Below, one piece after another: positions 15,541-24,565 of a stretch of 64,000 bases of DNA. Numbering within the stretch: position 1 is the first letter of the stretch; the number at the start of each line of letters is the position of its first letter. The stretch comes from Gaiellales bacterium. Lineage in GTDB: Bacteria > Actinomycetota > Thermoleophilia > Gaiellales > JAICJC01. Position numbers and translations under genes: made by a program. Where the stretch lies: contig DASUHM010000050.1 in assembly GCA_036273515.1 (NCBI GenBank), positions 47,246-111,245 on the forward strand, read 5' to 3'. The notes under the pieces are model-generated. The model searched no databases. It was not told where the DNA came from and saw only the letters and a program-made list of their open reading frames with translations.

Positions 15541-16634
15541 CGGACGCCTGGTACGACCCCGCCCACTTCCCCGAGCTGCGCGAGCAGCCGCCGTGGGTGA
15601 TGGAGGAGATGATCGAGAGCGAGCCGGCGCTCGTCGAGCGCATCGTCGGCTCGTGCGATCCCTCCGCCCTCGCGCTGCTCTGCAAGGGCGCCGGGCCGCT
15701 GGCGATCGTCGGCTGCGGGACGAGCGAGCACGGGTCGCTGGGCGTCGCCGAGATGCTGCGCGAGGCCGGGGTCTCCGCGCTCACACGCGACGGCCTCGAG
15801 GCCGCACTCGAGCCGCAGACCGGCGGCACCGTCATCGGCGTCTCCCACGAGGGCGGCACCTGGGCGACCATCCAGGCGCTGACGGCGGCGCGCGCGAACG
15901 GCTCGGCCACCGGGCTCATCACCGCCCGGCCCGATTCGGAGTCGACCCGGCACGCCGACGCCGTGCTGGCGACGCCCGAGGTCGACCGCTCGTGGTGCCA
16001 CACGGTCGGCTACATCTCCCCGCTCTCGGCCGGCTACGCCCTGGCGGCGGCCGCCTCCGGGGGCGGGGCCGACGCCGCGGCCGCCGGCCGGCTCGTCGCC
16101 GCGGGCCTGGGGACCGGCGCGGACGCGAAGGCCGCCGCCGAGCGCCTGCACGGCTGCTCCCGGCTCCTCATCGCCGGCAGCGGCGCCGACCGCACGAGCG
16201 CCCGTGAGCTGACCCTGAAGATCGAGGAGGCGTGCCACCTGCCGACCTCGATGCGCAACCTCGAGACGCTGCTCCACGGCCACCTGCCCGCCACCGACGA
16301 GGCCACCGGCGTCGTCATCGTCCTGTGCGACCGCCGCTCCCGCGAGGCGCGCACGGAGCGCGCCAAGACGGCCCTTGCGGCCTGCGCCCGGATCGGCATC
16401 GCCTGCGCCCTGATCACGACCGATCCCGGCCTGGCCGACCTCGCCCCGGCGGGCGTCCTGATCGTGCCCGAGGCCGACGATCTGCCCGCCGCCGCGGCCG
16501 CCCTGCTCGGCGCGGCTGTCCCACTGCAGCTGCTGACGCTCGAGCTGGCCCACGCCCGCGGCACGAACCCCGACCTGATCCGGCGCGAGCAGGCCGCCTA
16601 TCGCGAGGCCGCGAAGATCGTCGAGGGCGGATGA
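15537..16634 (+). CDS. SIS-domain protein (GlmS isomerase-domain / FrlB / AgaS-like)
   Basis: ATGA overlap with the S9 stop. Motifs: IVGCGTSEHG, ISHEGGT-like VSHEGGT, and C-terminal PLQLLTLELAHARGTNPD as in GlmS-type SIS pairs. Confidence 0.75.
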   Translation: MTDAWYDPAHFPELREQPPWVMEEMIESEPALVERIVGSCDPSALALLCKGAGPLAIVGCGTSEHGSLGVAEMLREAGVSALTRDGLEAALEPQTGGTVIGVSHEGGTWATIQALTAARANGSATGLITARPDSESTRHADAVLATPEVDRSWCHTVGYISPLSAGYALAAAASGGGADAAAAGRLVAAGLGTGADAKAAAERLHGCSRLLIAGSGADRTSARELTLKIEEACHLPTSMRNLETLLHGHLPATDEATGVVIVLCDRRSREARTERAKTALAACARIGIACALITTDPGLADLAPAGVLIVPEADDLPAAAAALLGAAVPLQLLTLELAHARGTNPDLIRREQAAYREAAKIVEGG

Positions 16635-17350
16635 GCCTGCGCGCCCTCCACATCGTGAACGAGCCGAGCGGCCCCGGCGGCCTCTTCCTGCCGCCGCTCG
16701 AGAGCCGCGGGTTCGTGATCGACTCCGTCGACATCGCCCAGACCCCGCTGCCCGACACGCTGGCCGGCTACGACGCCGTCATCTCCTGCGGCGGGACGGC
16801 GAACACGCACGAGACCGACGTCTACACCTGGATCGACCCGCAGATCGAGCTGCTCCGCGGGGCGCTGCGCGACGAGGTGCCCGTGATCGGCCTCTGCCTC
16901 GGCGCGCAGCTGCTGACGAAGGCGGCCGGCGGGAACGTCTACCGCTGCGAGCCGTCCGAGGTCGGGTGGGTGGAGGTGCAGACGAACGCCGCCGCCTCGG
17001 CCGACCCGGTGCTGGCCGACGTGCCCGGCTCGTTCATGGCGATGCAGTGGCACCGCTATGCGTGCGAGCTCCCGCCCGGCGCCGTCGAGCTCGGCCGCAA
17101 CAGCACCTGCCTGCAGGCGTTCCGGCTGGGCGAGGCCGCCTGGGGCACGCAGTTCCACATCGAGGTCACGCGCGACATCCTGCTCGCCTGGGCACGCTGG
17201 GGCGGCGAGGACCTGGCGGCGGCCGGGTACTCCCAGGAGCGCTACATGGAGGAGCTCGAGCGCCACTTGAGCCGGCACGAGAAGATCGGCCGCGGCATGG
17301 CCGAGCGCTTCGCCGAGATCGCCGCCACGCGCGCCCGCAGCGCCGCCTGA
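16631..17350 (+). CDS. class-I glutamine amidotransferase-like protein
   Basis: ATGA overlap with the SIS stop. Nucleophile elbow VIGLCLGAQLL, and later WGTQFHIE (His-Glu of the triad). Confidence 0.75.
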   Translation: MSLRALHIVNEPSGPGGLFLPPLESRGFVIDSVDIAQTPLPDTLAGYDAVISCGGTANTHETDVYTWIDPQIELLRGALRDEVPVIGLCLGAQLLTKAAGGNVYRCEPSEVGWVEVQTNAAASADPVLADVPGSFMAMQWHRYACELPPGAVELGRNSTCLQAFRLGEAAWGTQFHIEVTRDILLAWARWGGEDLAAAGYSQERYMEELERHLSRHEKIGRGMAERFAEIAATRARSAA

Positions 17351-17366
17351 GCTGGTCTAGACCAGC
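17351..17366. promoter_or_regulatory. 16-bp perfect palindrome GCTGGTCTAGACCAGC (terminator stem or operator)
   Basis: It starts 1 nt after the TGA at 17350. A further GGTCTAG half-site lies at 17400-17406, 38 nt before the permease ATG. Confidence 0.4.
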
Positions 17367-17443
17367 GCCTGCGAGGGCTCTTTACTCCGACCGATCGACG
17401 GTCTAGTGTCGGGCACGACAAGCGACCCCCGAAAGGAGGGCGA

Positions 17444-19063
17444 ATGAGCGTTGATCCCGGAGCCGGCGGCGGAGGGGCGCCCACCGGGCTCGAGCACCTG
17501 TCCGAGGACGAGCAAACCCTGCATCGGCTCGGATACGCCCAGGAGCTCCTGCGCGGATGGGGCGGGTTCTCCAACTTCGCAATCTCGTTCACCATCATCT
17601 CCATCCTGGCCGGCTGCCTCACGTCGTACTACATCGCGATCGGCTGGGGCGGGCCGGTCGCCGTGACCTGGGGCTGGCTGATCGTCGGCGGCTTCTGCAT
17701 CATCGTCTCGCTGGCGATGGGCGAGATCGCCTCGACCTACCCGACCGCGGGCGGCCTGTACTACTGGTCGTCGCGCCTCGGCAGCCCCGCCTGGGGCTGG
17801 TTCACCGGCTGGTTCAACCTCGTCGGCCAGATCGCCGTCACGGCGGCGATCGACTTCGGCGCGGCGACGTTCATCTCGTCGCTGATGAACCTGTGGTTCG
17901 GCTACACGCTGAGCAAGGGGCACGTGTTCCTGACCTATACGGTGATCGTTGCGCTGCACGGCCTGATCAACACGTTCCTGCCACGGATGCTGGCGATGAT
18001 CAACAACATCTCCGCCTGGTGGCACATGGGCGGGGTGCTCGTGATCGTGGTCGTCCTCATTGCGATCCCCGACCACCACAAGTCGCTGAGCTTCGTGTTC
18101 ACCGACACGGAGAACTTCTCCGGTTTCCAGGGGCACGGGTTCTCCAACCCGGTGTTCTGGATCGTCTTCGGCCTGGGCTTGCTCATGGCCCAGTACACGA
18201 TCACGGGGTACGACGCGTCGGCCCACATGAGCGAGGAGACGCGCAACGCGTCGCGGACCGCCGCCATCGGCATGGTCATGTCGGTCGTCGTGTCGGTCAT
18301 CTTCGGGTTCATCCTGCTGGTCGCGGTCACGTTCGCGATCCCGGGCCCGGTGTCGAACACGGCACTCCAGTACACGTTCGCGGTGCAGTACATCTGGCAG
18401 AACGCGATGAGCAACAAGTGGGCCGAGTTCCTGCTCCTGATCGCCTGCGTGGCCCAGTTCTTCTGCGGTCTCGCGTCGGTCACCTCGGCGTCGCGGATGA
18501 TGTTCGCGTTCTCGCGTGACCGGGCCATCCCGGGCCACCAGTGGTGGCGCAAGGTGTCGGCCAAGGAACGCGTTCCGGTGAACTCGATCTGGGCGATCTG
18601 CTTCCTGTCGTGGGCGCTGATGCTGCCGACGCTCAAGAACCCGATCGTCGGCTACGCGGTCGGCACCTCGATCGCCGTGATCGGCCTCTACATCGCGTTC
18701 GTCCTCCCGGTCATCCTGCGCTACCGCAAGGGCGAGTCGTTCGAGCGCGGCGCCTGGCACCTCGGGAACAAGTACAAGTGGATCGACCCGCTGGCGATCA
18801 TCTGGATCGCGCTGATCTGCATCCTGTTCCTGCTGCCGCTCTTCCCGGACGGCATCCCGGGGAAGGCGTCGGGCAACCACTACCTGCTCGACGTGAACTG
18901 GGTCGACGTGAACTACGCACCGCTGACGGTGGGCGGCGCCTTCCTGTTCTTCGGTGGATGGTGGGTCATCTCCGCCAAGAAGTGGTTCAAGGGCCCGGTG
19001 CGCATGGGCTCGGAGGAGGAGCTCGAGCAGATCGAAGCCGGCCTGGCCGGCAGCGGCGACTGA
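17444..19063 (+). CDS. APC-superfamily amino acid / polyamine / GABA-type permease
   Basis: 539 aa, about 12 TM. RBS AAAGGAGGG. Motifs: FSNFAISFTIISILAG, GEIASTYPTAGGLYYW. Confidence 0.88.
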   Translation: MSVDPGAGGGGAPTGLEHLSEDEQTLHRLGYAQELLRGWGGFSNFAISFTIISILAGCLTSYYIAIGWGGPVAVTWGWLIVGGFCIIVSLAMGEIASTYPTAGGLYYWSSRLGSPAWGWFTGWFNLVGQIAVTAAIDFGAATFISSLMNLWFGYTLSKGHVFLTYTVIVALHGLINTFLPRMLAMINNISAWWHMGGVLVIVVVLIAIPDHHKSLSFVFTDTENFSGFQGHGFSNPVFWIVFGLGLLMAQYTITGYDASAHMSEETRNASRTAAIGMVMSVVVSVIFGFILLVAVTFAIPGPVSNTALQYTFAVQYIWQNAMSNKWAEFLLLIACVAQFFCGLASVTSASRMMFAFSRDRAIPGHQWWRKVSAKERVPVNSIWAICFLSWALMLPTLKNPIVGYAVGTSIAVIGLYIAFVLPVILRYRKGESFERGAWHLGNKYKWIDPLAIIWIALICILFLLPLFPDGIPGKASGNHYLLDVNWVDVNYAPLTVGGAFLFFGGWWVISAKKWFKGPVRMGSEEELEQIEAGLAGSGD

Positions 19064-19081
19064 CCGACGCACACCCGGCAA

Positions 19082-19113
19082 CCCGCCAGGAGGGGCAGAC
19101 CCCTTCTGGCGGG
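19082..19113. repeat. palindromic repeat (inverted-orientation variant: CCCGCCAGGAGGGGCAGACCCCTTCTGGCGGG)
   Basis: 14-bp stem with one G:T pair and a 4-nt loop, 19 nt after the permease stop. Its minus strand shares CCAGAAGGGGTCTG with the copies at 1531 and 19347. Confidence 0.75.
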
Positions 19114-19115
19114 TC

Positions 19116-19333
19116 CGCCGCGCGCAGCGCCGCGGCGATGAAGGCGGTCTTCGCCTCGGTGTACGCGAGGCGGTCCGTGCCATGGCGGGCCGCGAGGTCG
19201 CGCTTGCATGCGGCATACGCCTCTGCCACTTCCGGGTGCTCGCGGAGGTGGTCTCGGAAGCGGACGTGCTCGGCGTGAGGTCGGTCTTCCCGGCCGCCAT
19301 CGGGCCGGTGATCAGACAGACGACGGGCTCCAC
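19116..19333 (-). pseudogene. gene remnant: a P-loop N-terminus joined out of frame to the C-terminal ~54 aa of a GrpB/UPF0157-like protein
   Basis: GTG 19333 gives VEPVVCLITGPMAAGKTDLT (Walker A). One frame over, 19277-19116 reads HAEHVRFRDHLREHPEVAEAYAACKRDLAARHGTDRLAYTEAKTAFIAAALRAA, a GrpB C-terminal pattern. No intact ORF and no native stop. Confidence 0.6.
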
Positions 19334-19346
19334 CGGCCGAGCATAC

Positions 19347-19377
19347 GCACCAGAAGGGGTCTGACCCCGTCTGGTGC
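19347..19377. repeat. 31-nt palindromic repeat GCACCAGAAGGGGTCTGACCCCGTCTGGTGC
   Basis: 30/31 identical to 1531-1561. It lies 10 nt from the stop of the HAD gene (19387). Confidence 0.85.
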
Positions 19378-19386
19378 GCCCGCGCG

Positions 19387-20022
19387 TCAGCCGGCGAGCA
19401 GCGCCTCGCGGACCGTGTGGAAGTCGTCGAACGGGGTGTAGTCCAGCCCCATCTCGTCGAGATCCCGGGCCAGGTGGCGGCGGGCGAAGCGGCGGTCGGC
19501 GGCGATCGCCGCGCAGCGGTCGGAGTAGCCGTCGCCGATGTAGGCGACCGGCAGGCCGTCGCGCATCGAGGCGACCACGCCGCGCTTGCACTCCTCGCCG
19601 CAGACGTCGCAGTCGGCGTCGGCCATGAAGTCGATCGTCGTCCCCTCCGGCGTGATCCGGAACTCGTGCGAGATCACCTCCAGGTGCCCGGCGCCGGCCC
19701 GCTCGAGCACCGGCCGGATCACCGACTCGAACCCGCCCGAGACGACCACCAGGCGGTTTCCGGCCGCCTCCATCGCCTCGACGAACTCGCCGAAGCCCGG
19801 GCGCACCCGCGCCGCGGCGACGGTCTCGGCGACGATCGCGTCGTGGTCGCCGCGCACCGGCGCGAACTCGAGCTCCATGCACTCGCGCAGCGTCAGCCGG
19901 CCCGCGGACAGCCCCCGCTCGGCCTCCACGTACGCCTCGGGCGCGTACTTCTCGAGGAGGTCGTCCTGGGTGTCGCGCTCGGTGATGGTGCCGTCGAAGT
20001 CGACGACGACCAGCCAGGTCAT
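19387..20022 (-). CDS. HAD-IB hydrolase, MtnX-like phosphatase
   Basis: ATG 20022 (MTWLVVVDFDGTIT...). HAD motifs: DFDGT, VVSGG, IGDGYSD. A Cys cluster CDVCGEECK is typical of the MtnX group. Confidence 0.75.
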   Translation of the reverse strand: MTWLVVVDFDGTITERDTQDDLLEKYAPEAYVEAERGLSAGRLTLRECMELEFAPVRGDHDAIVAETVAAARVRPGFGEFVEAMEAAGNRLVVVSGGFESVIRPVLERAGAGHLEVISHEFRITPEGTTIDFMADADCDVCGEECKRGVVASMRDGLPVAYIGDGYSDRCAAIAADRRFARRHLARDLDEMGLDYTPFDDFHTVREALLAG

Positions 20023-20342
20023 CCGCGCCGCATCCAGCGGGCGACGGTGTCGGCGTCGTGGCCATGGGCGATCAGCTGCAGCAGCGGCTTCGGGCTCTTC
20101 AGCGTCTGCATCGTCTCCATCCTGCCCACCGAGATGCCCTGGCGCTGGCAGAAGCGCAGCAGCGCCTGGCGATCGCTCGAGAGCAGCCGCCACACGGTTT
20201 CCTGACGGTGCCGGTCGAAGTCGCGGTAGACGCCGACGTCGCCGGCGATCGCGCGCCGCACGGCCTCGTTGTACTCGGCCCGGTAATCGTGTTCCTCCGA
20301 CACGGCGCAGAGTCTAGACGCGGGATCTGGACGCGGGATCAT
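20019..20342 (-). CDS. hypothetical protein (about 95-107 aa)
   Basis: ORF with normal composition and an ATGA overlap with the HAD gene. The start is uncertain (ATG 20342 or an internal GTG at VSEEHDY). I recognise no family. Confidence 0.5.
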   Translation of the reverse strand: MIPRPDPASRLCAVSEEHDYRAEYNEAVRRAIAGDVGVYRDFDRHRQETVWRLLSSDRQALLRFCQRQGISVGRMETMQTLKSPKPLLQLIAHGHDADTVARWMRRG

Positions 20343-20355
20343 CTACGCTTGCCGC

Positions 20356-21234
20356 ATGCCTGACATCGCCGCACCCAGCACGCGCCGCTTCGGCGCCCAG
20401 AGCATGACCGCGCCGCTCCGCGAGGTGCTCGTGAAGCGCCCGGGGGCCGCGTTCGGGCGCGCCCATGAGAACCCGGCGTTCGGGTACCTGCACCCCGTCG
20501 ACCTGACCGAGGCGCAGCGCCAGCACGACGCCTTCTGCGCGATCCTGACCGGGCTCGGCGTCGCCGTCCACGAGCTCGAGACCGAGACGGCCAGCCCCGA
20601 CCTCGTCTACACCTACGACCCTGCCCTCGTCACCGACCGCGGGATGATCGCGCTGCGGTCGGGCAAGCCCAACCGCGAGCGGGAGGGATCGGCCCTCGCC
20701 GACTGGGCCGAGGCGCACGACATGCCCATCGTCGGCCGGCTCGAGGAGCCGGAGACGGCCGACGGCGGCGACACCTTCTGGCTGCGGCCCGACGTCTTCT
20801 GCATCGGCCGCTCGCTGCGCACGAATTCGGCCGGCGCCCGCCGCCTGACAGAGCTCGTCGGCGGCGAGGTGCACGTCTTCGACGTCCCCTACGCGAACGG
20901 CCCCGCGGAGTGCCTGCACCTGCTCTCGGTCGTCTCGCCGGTCGCCGACGACCTGGCCGCCGTCTTCCTGCCGCAGCTCCCGGTCGGCCTCTACGAGCTG
21001 CTCGGCGATCTCGGCGTCGACCTCGTCCCCGTGCCGGAGGAGGAGCTGGCCACCCAGGGGTGCAACATCCTGGCCGTGCGGCCGGGCGTGGTCGTCATGG
21101 TCGAGGGCAACCCGGTCACCCAGCGGGCGCTGCTCGACCGCGGCTGCGAGGTGCACACGTTCCCGGGCACCGAGGTCTGCATCAACGGCACGGGCGGGCC
21201 GACCTGCATCACCCGCCCGCTCCTGCGCGGATGA
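20356..21234 (+). CDS. dimethylarginine dimethylaminohydrolase / amidinotransferase-superfamily enzyme
   Basis: 292 aa. Pentein-fold pattern: [16 protein letters not shown], and the C-terminal catalytic Cys in [12 protein letters not shown]. Confidence 0.8.
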   Translation: MPDIAAPSTRRFGAQSMTAPLREVLVKRPGAAFGRAHENPAFGYLHPVDLTEAQRQHDAFCAILTGLGVAVHELETETASPDLVYTYDPALVTDRGMIALRSGKPNREREGSALADWAEAHDMPIVGRLEEPETADGGDTFWLRPDVFCIGRSLRTNSAGARRLTELVGGEVHVFDVPYANGPAECLHLLSVVSPVADDLAAVFLPQLPVGLYELLGDLGVDLVPVPEEELATQGCNILAVRPGVVVMVEGNPVTQRALLDRGCEVHTFPGTEVCINGTGGPTCITRPLLRG

Positions 21235-22502
21235 AGAACCTGACCCCGGCCGAGCTGGCCGTCGTCGCCCGGGTCGACCGCGATCGCGTCGCCGACGACC
21301 TGGCGGCGCTGGTCGCGATCCCCAGCCTCACCGGCGACGAGGGCGAGGTGCAGACCGAGGTCGCCCTGCGGATGACGACGGCCGGCCTGGACGTCGAGCG
21401 CGTGGACACCCCCGCGATCGAGCTGGCGGCCGACCCGGACTTCCCCGGCGTCGAGGTCGCGCGCGACTCGCATCCGGTCGTGTCGGGGCGCGTCACCGGC
21501 GACGCCGCCGGCCGCCGCGTGCTGATCGCCGGGCACATCGACGTCGTCGGCGCCGGGGACGAGATGGCGTGGACCTCGCCGCCGTTCCAGCCCCGCATCG
21601 ACGACGGCGTGCTCTTCGGCCGCGGCGCATGCGACATGAAGGCGGGCGTCGTCGCCGGCCTGGCCGCGCTGCGGGCGATCGTCGAGGCGGAGGTCGATCT
21701 CGGCGGCGAGGCGATGCTCGTGACCGTGCCCGGCGAGGAGGACGGCGGCGCTGGCATGCTCGCCGCCATCCGGGCCGGCTGCACGGGCGACTGGGCCGTC
21801 ATCACCGAGCCGACCCGGCTCGAGATCGTCACCGCGCAGGGCGGCGCCATCACCTTCACGCTCACCGTCACCGGCCGCCCGGCCCACGCTGCGTTCCGCC
21901 GCCGGGGCGTCTCGGCGCTCGAGAAGCTCGTCCCGGTCATGGCGGCGCTGGCCCGCAACGAGGAGGAGCGAAACGCCGCCGAGCGGATGCAGTCGATGCG
22001 CGACCTGGGCCTGCCCTACCCGACGTCGATCGGGCGCGTCAGCGCGGGCGACTGGTCATCGACGGTGCCCGAGCGGCTCGTGGCCGAGGGCCGCTTCGGC
22101 GTCCGCGTCGGCCAGACCACCGCCGAGGCCGAGGAGGAGCTGCGCGCGGTCGTCGCCGCGGCCTGTGCGGGCGACGAGTGGCTGCGCGACCATCCGGTCG
22201 AGGTGCAGATCACCGGCGGGCGCTTCGCCGCCGCCGCCGTGCCGTCGGATCACCCGCTGCCCTGGGCGCTGGGCGAGGCGGCCCGCGACGTGCGCGGGCG
22301 GCTGCCGCCGTTCGTCGGCGTGCCGTACGGCTCCGACGCGCGCCTCCTGATCGACCACGGCGCGACGCCGACCGTGCTCTACGGCCCGGGCGACCCCGAG
22401 TACGCCCACTCGATCGACGAGCGTGTCCCCCTCGAGGACGTCGCGCAGTGCGCGCGCGTCCTCGCCGTGTGGGTCATGCGGGCGCTGCAGCCGGCGGGAT
22501 GA
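21231..22502 (+). CDS. M20-family metallopeptidase (ArgE/DapE/acetylornithine-deacetylase-like)
   Basis: ATGA overlap with the previous stop. Motifs: [25 protein letters not shown]. Confidence 0.85.
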   Translation: MKNLTPAELAVVARVDRDRVADDLAALVAIPSLTGDEGEVQTEVALRMTTAGLDVERVDTPAIELAADPDFPGVEVARDSHPVVSGRVTGDAAGRRVLIAGHIDVVGAGDEMAWTSPPFQPRIDDGVLFGRGACDMKAGVVAGLAALRAIVEAEVDLGGEAMLVTVPGEEDGGAGMLAAIRAGCTGDWAVITEPTRLEIVTAQGGAITFTLTVTGRPAHAAFRRRGVSALEKLVPVMAALARNEEERNAAERMQSMRDLGLPYPTSIGRVSAGDWSSTVPERLVAEGRFGVRVGQTTAEAEEELRAVVAAACAGDEWLRDHPVEVQITGGRFAAAAVPSDHPLPWALGEAARDVRGRLPPFVGVPYGSDARLLIDHGATPTVLYGPGDPEYAHSIDERVPLEDVAQCARVLAVWVMRALQPAG

Positions 22503-23454
22503 GCAGCAGCTTCCCGCGGGTCTTCCGCGACTCGAGATCCTCGTGCGCGCGACTGGCCTCGTCGAGCGGGTAGCGGCCGCCGATCAGGACGCGCAGCTTG
22601 CCGGTCCCCGCCCACTCGAGCACCTGCTCGGCGCGCGCCAGCAGGTCGTCGCGGCCGGCGGTGTACGCCGGCAGCGTCGGCCGGGTGACGAAGAGCGACC
22701 GGCCGCCGCCGAGCCGGTCGAGCACGAGCGGCTCGGGCTCGCCGCTGGCGTAGCCGTAGAGCGCCATCGTGCCGCGCGGGCGCAGCGCGTCGAGGCCGGC
22801 GTCGAAGGTGTCCCTCCCCACCCCGTCGTAGACGGCGTGGACGCCGGCCCCGCCGGTCAGCCGCCCCACCTCCTCGGCGAACCCGGCGTAGGCGATCGCC
22901 TCGTCGGCGCCGTGCTCGCGTGCCAGCGCGCGCTTCTCCTCGGTCGATGCCGTCGCGATCACGCGGGCGCCGCGCAGCTTGGCGATCTGGGTCAGCAGGA
23001 GGCCGACGCCGCCCGCGGCCGCGTGCACGAGCACCGTGTCGCCGCGCCGGATCGGGTAGGTCGACGTGGCCAGGTAGTGGGCCGTCATGCCCTGGAGCAG
23101 CACGGCGGCGGCGAGCTCGGAGCTCGTCTCGGCGGGCACCGGGACGGCCCGGTCGGCTTTCACGATCACCCGCTCCGCATAGCTCCCGGTGGCGCTCGTC
23201 CAGGCCACCCGCTCGCCCGGCCCGAGCCCGGTCACCCCCGGCCCGGTCGCGACGACGGTGCCGGCGCCCTCCGCCCCGGCCACGAGCGGCGGCGGCGTGC
23301 CGTAGCCGCCGCGGCGCTCGTAGACGTCGCGGAAGTTCACGCCGGCCGCCTCGAGGGCGACCAGCAGCTCGCCCGGCCCGGGCTCGGGCTCCGGCCGGTC
23401 GCGCGGCTCGAGCACCTCGGGACCGCCGTTCCGCTCGATGACGATCGCGCGCAT
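22474..23454 (-). CDS. qor: NADPH:quinone oxidoreductase (zeta-crystallin / MDR family)
   Basis: 326 aa. Motifs: GVNFRDVY, and the Rossmann motif [17 protein letters not shown]. Its 3' end overlaps the convergent M20 gene by 29 nt. Confidence 0.85.
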   Translation of the reverse strand: MRAIVIERNGGPEVLEPRDRPEPEPGPGELLVALEAAGVNFRDVYERRGGYGTPPPLVAGAEGAGTVVATGPGVTGLGPGERVAWTSATGSYAERVIVKADRAVPVPAETSSELAAAVLLQGMTAHYLATSTYPIRRGDTVLVHAAAGGVGLLLTQIAKLRGARVIATASTEEKRALAREHGADEAIAYAGFAEEVGRLTGGAGVHAVYDGVGRDTFDAGLDALRPRGTMALYGYASGEPEPLVLDRLGGGRSLFVTRPTLPAYTAGRDDLLARAEQVLEWAGTGKLRVLIGGRYPLDEASRAHEDLESRKTRGKLLLIPPAAAPA

Positions 23455-23465
23455 CCGGATCCCCG

Positions 23466-24260
23466 TCAGCCCTGGGCCGCGGCCGGTGTGCCGTTGTCCC
23501 AGCCGCGCAGGTCGAGGCCCGCACCGCCCAGCCGGTCGCGCAGATCGTCCGCGGCGGCGCCGGCGCAGACGGCGAGGATGCCGCCCTCGCGCCCGTCGTC
23601 ACGGCGGAGCGCCGCGGCCACGCGCTCGGGCGGCTGCAGGTGGTGGCCGGCCAGGCCGAGCTCCTGGTAGGTGTCGCGCACGACGACGAGCGCGCCGGCC
23701 GGCCCGCGCACGATGGTCGCAAGCTCGACGAAATGGCCGGCGTCCCAGTCGGCCGGAGGCGGCTCCGGCTCGGCGCCGGCCAGGTGGTTCAGGATCACCG
23801 CGGGGTCGGGCCGTGCGCCCCAGAAGAGGGCGGTGCGCAGGTTCGCGATCAGCACGGCCGCCGGCCCGGCGATGTCCATCACGGCCGTGACGGTGTCCCC
23901 CGTCCACGGCCCGCCGACCTCGATCGGCTCGAGCGTCCCGCCCGAGAGCCGCCGGATCGCGCCGGCCAGGGCGGGCGCCGCGGTGCCCGCGGTCTCGGGG
24001 TCGGCGGCCATCGGCAGCTCGACGCGGTAGTCGTTCCTCGGCGTCGCGCCCGGCGCGACGTGCGTCCGGGGGTCGCCGCCGGGCAGGATCGCGCCCGCCT
24101 CGAGCGCGACCGCCTCCTGGTCGGCGTCGATGCCGGCGGCGCGCAGCAGCAGGCTGCCCCAGAAGCAGCCGCACAGGTTGTCCATCTGCTGGCGCTCGGC
24201 CGCGTGAAGCCGGGCCAGCAGCTGGCGGTCGGGGATCGCGGTCACGGCTGGCGCTGCCAC
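23466..24260 (-). CDS. hypothetical protein with a phytochelatin-synthase-like (papain-fold) Cys/His/Asp pattern
   Basis: QQMDNLCGCFWGSLLLRAAGID resembles the Q-x-CG...LNAL..ID catalytic-Cys segment of phytochelatin synthases. GHFVEL...(14 aa)...VVVRD matches the His/Asp spacing. Confidence 0.45.
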   Translation of the reverse strand: MAAPAVTAIPDRQLLARLHAAERQQMDNLCGCFWGSLLLRAAGIDADQEAVALEAGAILPGGDPRTHVAPGATPRNDYRVELPMAADPETAGTAAPALAGAIRRLSGGTLEPIEVGGPWTGDTVTAVMDIAGPAAVLIANLRTALFWGARPDPAVILNHLAGAEPEPPPADWDAGHFVELATIVRGPAGALVVVRDTYQELGLAGHHLQPPERVAAALRRDDGREGGILAVCAGAAADDLRDRLGGAGLDLRGWDNGTPAAAQG

Positions 24261-24283
24261 GGGAGAGAGCTTACGCTTTCGGC

Positions 24284-24565
24284 ATGGCGGTCGTGTCCGG
24301 CTACCCCGCGCTCGTGCTCGGCCTCCTGGCGGGGCTCCTGGCGATCCGGTCGCAGCGGCCGGCCGCTCCCCTGCTGGGGGCCGGGGCGCTCGCCTTCGCC
24401 GCCCTCGTCGCCTACCAGGCCTCCGGCCCGGTGGTGGCGAGCCCGGAGGGCAACGGCGTGATGACGACGCCGCTCTGGCTCGTGCTCGCGCTCGTGAACG
24501 CCGGGGCGTGGGCGCTCGGCATCGGCATGGCGGTCGCGCTCGCCGGCCGCCGGGCGCCGCGCTAG
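24284..24565 (+). CDS. small membrane protein, hypothetical
   Basis: 93 aa with three hydrophobic segments. 4-nt convergent overlap with the EamA gene. Confidence 0.45.
   Translation: MAVVSGYPALVLGLLAGLLAIRSQRPAAPLLGAGALAFAALVAYQASGPVVASPEGNGVMTTPLWLVLALVNAGAWALGIGMAVALAGRRAPR

Noticed and set aside
18565-18576. GGAACGCGTTCC, a perfect 12-bp palindrome, as a second LexA-like site.
   Set aside because: It lies inside the permease coding region, and the GAAC/GTTC halves are separated by 2 nt rather than 4. Probably fortuitous.
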